Of a stretch of 64,000 bases of DNA, positions 60,388 through 64,000 are shown piece after piece. The stretch covers positions 192,001 through 256,000 of the forward strand of contig JAWBYA010000001.1 of NCBI GenBank assembly GCA_038867615.1, in the 5' to 3' direction. Numbering within the stretch: the first letter of the stretch is position 1; each line of letters starts with the position of its first letter. The stretch comes from Sulfolobales archaeon (GTDB lineage Archaea; Thermoproteota; Thermoprotei_A; Sulfolobales; AG1). A program made the position numbers and the translations under genes. Below the pieces are notes generated by a model. That model was not told where the DNA came from. It was given only the letters and a program-made list of their open reading frames with translations, and made no database searches.

Positions 60388-61845
60388 GTGATCGAACTAT
60401 GGCTAGGTATTTATCATGTATTTTTATATTTTTCTGCTAACTACCGGTTGGTGTTCTTGTTGAGCCCGAACTATGATGAGATCTCTAGAAAAGCTGTTCG
60501 GTATATTGAGGATAACTATAACAGGTATATAGATCTTCTTGGAAGCCTTATTGAGTATAAAACAGTGGCTGCCTGGGGAGGAGACGATATGGCTAGGTGT
60601 GCAGATTACCTTGCATCAATTCTCAGGGAGAGGGGTTTCAAGACCCAGATTAAAAGTGGTGGTGGGCATCCAGTGGTTCTAGCCGAGGTTGGTTCAGGCT
60701 CTAGGAGCGTGCTTATATATAACCACTATGACGTCCAGCCCCCCGATCCTGTTGAGCTCTGGGAGAGTGATCCTTTTAAGCTGTCTAGGAGGGGGGATTA
60801 TCTGTTCGCGAGGGGTGTTGCTGATAATAAGGGTAATATTGCTGCTAGGATCGGCGCGATCGACGCGATCATTGATAGCATCGATAAGCTCGACCTCAAG
60901 ATCAAGTTCTTTATAGAGGGCGAGGAGGAGATCGGATCACCAACCCTTGGGAGGGTTATTCAGGATAATAAGGAGTGGATAAGATCTGATGGGGGGATAT
61001 GGGAGACGGGATATATTAGAAGAGATGATAGGCTCGGCATAAGCCTTGGCTTCAAGGGCATGCTATATATAGAGATTATTCTCAAAGGGGCTTCGAGGGA
61101 TGTTCACAGCGGTAATGCCCCCCTGGTTCCCAACCCTGTGTGGAGGATGGTTAGGCTGCTCTCTCTCCTCAAGGATGAGCATGGCAGGATCTATGTTCCA
61201 GGCTTCTACGACGACATAGATCCCGAGTTCGTGAGGGCTGGTGAAGAGCTTGTGAAGAAAATGGATACAGCAGAGCTTGAGGAGATGATGAAGGATCTAG
61301 GGCTTAAGAGCTTCGTCGGGGGTGTAAGCGGTTACGAGGCTCTCAGGAAACTCCACCTAGAACCATCGCTAAACGTCTCAGGCCTCTACTCCGGCTATAC
61401 TGGTAAGGGTTCAAAAACAATAGTACCCTCGATAGCTGGGGCTAAGATCGATATAAGACCAGTCCCAGGCCAAGACCCAGAGAAGATCCTCGGCAATCTC
61501 AAGAAATATCTGAAGGAGAACGGCTTTGAAGACGCCCAGATCGTTGTGCACAGCATGTATAGATCTGGATATACAAAGCCCGGAGAGGCAATAGTGAGGG
61601 CTACGGTTAACGCAGCTATAAAAGCCTATGGGAAAGAGCCGTCTGTATCTCCTCTCTCCGGAGGCTCAGGCCCTATGTATTACTTCACCAACATTGCTGG
61701 AACCCCAATGAGCGGGGCTGGTGTAGGGTATTACGGCTCGAAAGCCCATGCACCTAACGAGAACATAAGGGTTAGGGATTTCGTTAACGGGATGAAACAC
61801 TTCGCCCTAACCCTTATAGAGTTCTCAGCCCTAGCTAGGAAGTAG
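60388..61845 (+). CDS. M20 family metallopeptidase/deacylase (true start probably near 60460)
   Basis: YNHYDVQP, ARGVADNKG, EGEEEIGS, DVHSG and AHAPNE motifs. Confidence 0.93.
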   Translation: MIELWLGIYHVFLYFSANYRLVFLLSPNYDEISRKAVRYIEDNYNRYIDLLGSLIEYKTVAAWGGDDMARCADYLASILRERGFKTQIKSGGGHPVVLAEVGSGSRSVLIYNHYDVQPPDPVELWESDPFKLSRRGDYLFARGVADNKGNIAARIGAIDAIIDSIDKLDLKIKFFIEGEEEIGSPTLGRVIQDNKEWIRSDGGIWETGYIRRDDRLGISLGFKGMLYIEIILKGASRDVHSGNAPLVPNPVWRMVRLLSLLKDEHGRIYVPGFYDDIDPEFVRAGEELVKKMDTAELEEMMKDLGLKSFVGGVSGYEALRKLHLEPSLNVSGLYSGYTGKGSKTIVPSIAGAKIDIRPVPGQDPEKILGNLKKYLKENGFEDAQIVVHSMYRSGYTKPGEAIVRATVNAAIKAYGKEPSVSPLSGGSGPMYYFTNIAGTPMSGAGVGYYGSKAHAPNENIRVRDFVNGMKHFALTLIEFSALARK

Positions 61846-61904
61846 AGTCTCCACCGGATCCTAGTTTTTCCCAGCAAGGTTTTTGGTAAGCCGTGATCCT
61901 ATGT

Positions 61905-62165
61905 GGGGTTCGGGCTTCATTGCGGTTGATATTGATATCAACCGCTCTTCCCTTGGCTTCATAGGCCTCAGGGCTCCTTTCATTGGGGCCCATATCCTGG
62001 ATCTCTCTGTATTTACCCCGCCCACTCGGGTCTTTATTTTTTACCCTCATTGTTGGGCAGCATCCCATAGAATAACAGGGCTTATATAATGTTCATTACT
62101 GCAGAACTACGGGTTTAATATCAACCCCTATAAACCACCATGAAACCTGAAACAGCCGGCTATGG
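61905..62165 (-). mobile_element. family A element, internally deleted copy A3
   Basis: Both ends match A1 and A2; about 85 nt is missing between two AGGAT(G/A)TGGG motifs. Confidence 0.85.
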
Positions 62166-62174
62166 CGGTGACAA

Positions 62175-63029
62175 CTATATAGCCATTAGGAAGACTCCTG
62201 TGAATGCTACTACCGCTGCTATGTAACCCCGCAGCCCGGGGTTCTCGGCTGTTCTGCTATAGAAAACCCTTGTCAGTGTTGTTGCAACAACGGGTCTTAT
62301 GTTCTGTAGAGGGGTTACTATGCTTGCTCCTAGCTGGACTAGCGCGACATATCTAGCCACCTGCCCCAGCGATGCTAGAACCCCTGCTAGGTATACTGCT
62401 GTGTTGTTTCTGCTAAAGATACCGCGGATCTCTGTGTTTCTCAGTAGGAATGCCTCGAAGGCTATGCTGGAGGTATATGCTATCAAGGCTCCTGCGAACG
62501 GGTCTCCGCCATTTATATTTCCAAGCCTGCTTAGAAAGATGGCTAGCGCTAGCCCGAAAGAGGCTATAAGCCCGGCAATTATCCCTCTTGGATCCTTTTT
62601 GATCTCGCCCCTCCATGCCACCATGATGGCTGCTATAAGTATTAAAAGAGCTCCTAGTGCCTGGGTTGGTGATACTCTTTCTCCCACACCAGTACCTAGA
62701 GCTATACCGATCACTATGCTTAGGGTGAGCATTATACTTGCTCCGCTAGCACCTATAGTCCTTATAGCCACATAGAGAGAGGCTCTCCCAACGTTGAAGT
62801 TCACCAGCCCGGCTATTATGTATAGTATAATAGACTCGATGCTAATTGCACTAAAACCCCAGAAAACCAGTGAGAAGAGAAACACGACAGGATAGCCCGA
62901 GATGAGAGATGCAAGCAACATATGGCGGGAATCCATATTAGAGCGGGAACCCCTGATCACAACATCGTGCATACCGAAGAAAACACCAACGCTAGTCCCT
63001 ACAGCATATAAAACCAGGGGATCGAGCAA
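62175..63029 (-). CDS. DMT/EamA family transporter
   Basis: About 10 TM segments in two repeats; GERVS motif. Confidence 0.85.
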   Translation of the reverse strand: MLDPLVLYAVGTSVGVFFGMHDVVIRGSRSNMDSRHMLLASLISGYPVVFLFSLVFWGFSAISIESIILYIIAGLVNFNVGRASLYVAIRTIGASGASIMLTLSIVIGIALGTGVGERVSPTQALGALLILIAAIMVAWRGEIKKDPRGIIAGLIASFGLALAIFLSRLGNINGGDPFAGALIAYTSSIAFEAFLLRNTEIRGIFSRNNTAVYLAGVLASLGQVARYVALVQLGASIVTPLQNIRPVVATTLTRVFYSRTAENPGLRGYIAAVVAFTGVFLMAI

Positions 63030-63298
63030 TCGAGATTCACCAATGTATGCTCAATTATAGGTTTCTGTTACCAGCCTAAATACTGCGAACCACTCCTAGC
63101 AGATCTGAAATACATCAACCACATCGAGGAAAGATCCTAGCGAGCCTGATTGGCTGAATAGCCCCAGAATCGCGGGGCCAAGTTTTCGAGGGTCTTGTAT
63201 CTGCAAACAGCTTCAGGCTTTATTAAACCTGGTCTAGGTTTAACTCTAGAGGCTTATCATTTAATCGAAATGGATCTATGCTCGGCTCGTTTGGTTTG

Positions 63299-64000
63299 CT
63301 AGTATACCGGTGTAACCCATTCTCTATACTTCGGAACTTTGTTGAGCACTATTTCCTTGTAATAGTTAGAGATCTTTTGTGTCGCAGGCCCTGGGGATCC
63401 TGATCCTATGGTTTTTCCATCCACCTCGATCACTGGTGTAACCTCGGCTGCTGTACCTACCATGAAGATCTCGTCTGCTACATAGAGTTCTTCCCTCGTT
63501 ATGTCTCTCTCTTCAACCTTGTAGCCTAGGTCTTCTGCGATCCTGAAGACGGTGTCTCTTGTAATCCCCTCGAGTATAGATGCATATACAGGTGGTGTGT
63601 ATATAACGCCCCTCCTGACTATGAATAGATTCTCCCCAGACCCCTCGGCTATATAGCCCCTCCAGTCGAGCAACACGGCTTCGTCATAGCCTGATGATAT
63701 CGCCTCCGAGAGGGCTATGACTGAGTTTAGATAGATCCCAGATGCTTTAGCCATAACAGGCATTGAGAAGCCTGGAACTCTTCTCCAGCTCACGACCTTC
63801 ACTTTAACCCCCTTTGGTTTGAGGTAGTGTCCGAAGGGGATGGCTGCTATGGATACCCTTGTGGGTACTTTGGATATATCTAGCGAGATGCTTCCCTCAC
63901 CGGCGAAGGCTATGGGTCTTATGTATATATTCTCCTGGAACTCGTTAACCCTCACGGTCTTCACCGTAGCGTCGATCAGATCTTCAAGTCCGTATCCCAG
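63299..64000 (-). CDS. ilvE: branched-chain amino acid aminotransferase (N-terminus beyond window end)
   Basis: YIRP, AKASGIY, EGSGENLF, ILEGITR and GTAAEVTP motifs. Confidence 0.95.
   Translation of the reverse strand: MGYGLEDLIDATVKTVRVNEFQENIYIRPIAFAGEGSISLDISKVPTRVSIAAIPFGHYLKPKGVKVKVVSWRRVPGFSMPVMAKASGIYLNSVIALSEAISSGYDEAVLLDWRGYIAEGSGENLFIVRRGVIYTPPVYASILEGITRDTVFRIAEDLGYKVEERDITREELYVADEIFMVGTAAEVTPVIEVDGKTIGSGSPGPATQKISNYYKEIVLNKVPKYREWVTPVY

Noticed and set aside
683-62775. Numerous antisense or overlapping ORFs of 60-210 aa
   Set aside because: They are shadows of well-supported genes and have no motifs of their own.

Overview
This is a gene-dense window from a thermophilic crenarchaeal (Thermoprotei-like) chromosome, judged from RadA, S8e/SRP19, pelota, archaeal L11-L1-L10, BHB-intron tRNAs and TATA promoters. 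Housekeeping content includes a form II Cox-like Mo-oxidoreductase operon (S-L-M-D-E), sufCBD, pyrH, rtcA-nadM-DUF62-cyaB, two thiolase-fold plus two DUF35 genes, uppP, two large N6-adenine methylases, a membrane-anchored subtilase, transporters, purA with a probable GMP reductase, citE/maoC, NfeD/SPFH, mvk and ilvE. There are three tRNAs: Thr-CGT with one intron, Pro-CGG with two introns, and Arg-GCG. No cas genes, transposases or multi-spacer CRISPR array are present. The most unusual content is intergenic. Family A comprises four non-autonomous elements bounded by a GG/CC core, with an internal TATA box and a conserved right-end hairpin, consistent with IS607-derived omega-RNA cassettes. 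Family B comprises three clustered ~215-bp units running TATA box, C/D-box-like module, a block shared with a family-A-related element, then one Sulfolobales-type CRISPR repeat (ATCTACTATAGAATTGAAA[G]) and unique sequence. Two further degenerate repeat copies point outward from an AT-rich spacer and form the last codons of two convergent genes. Together these suggest a dispersed transposon-RNA/CRISPR-repeat hybrid guide-like system. That interpretation is inference from hand alignment; no database search or folding program was run.
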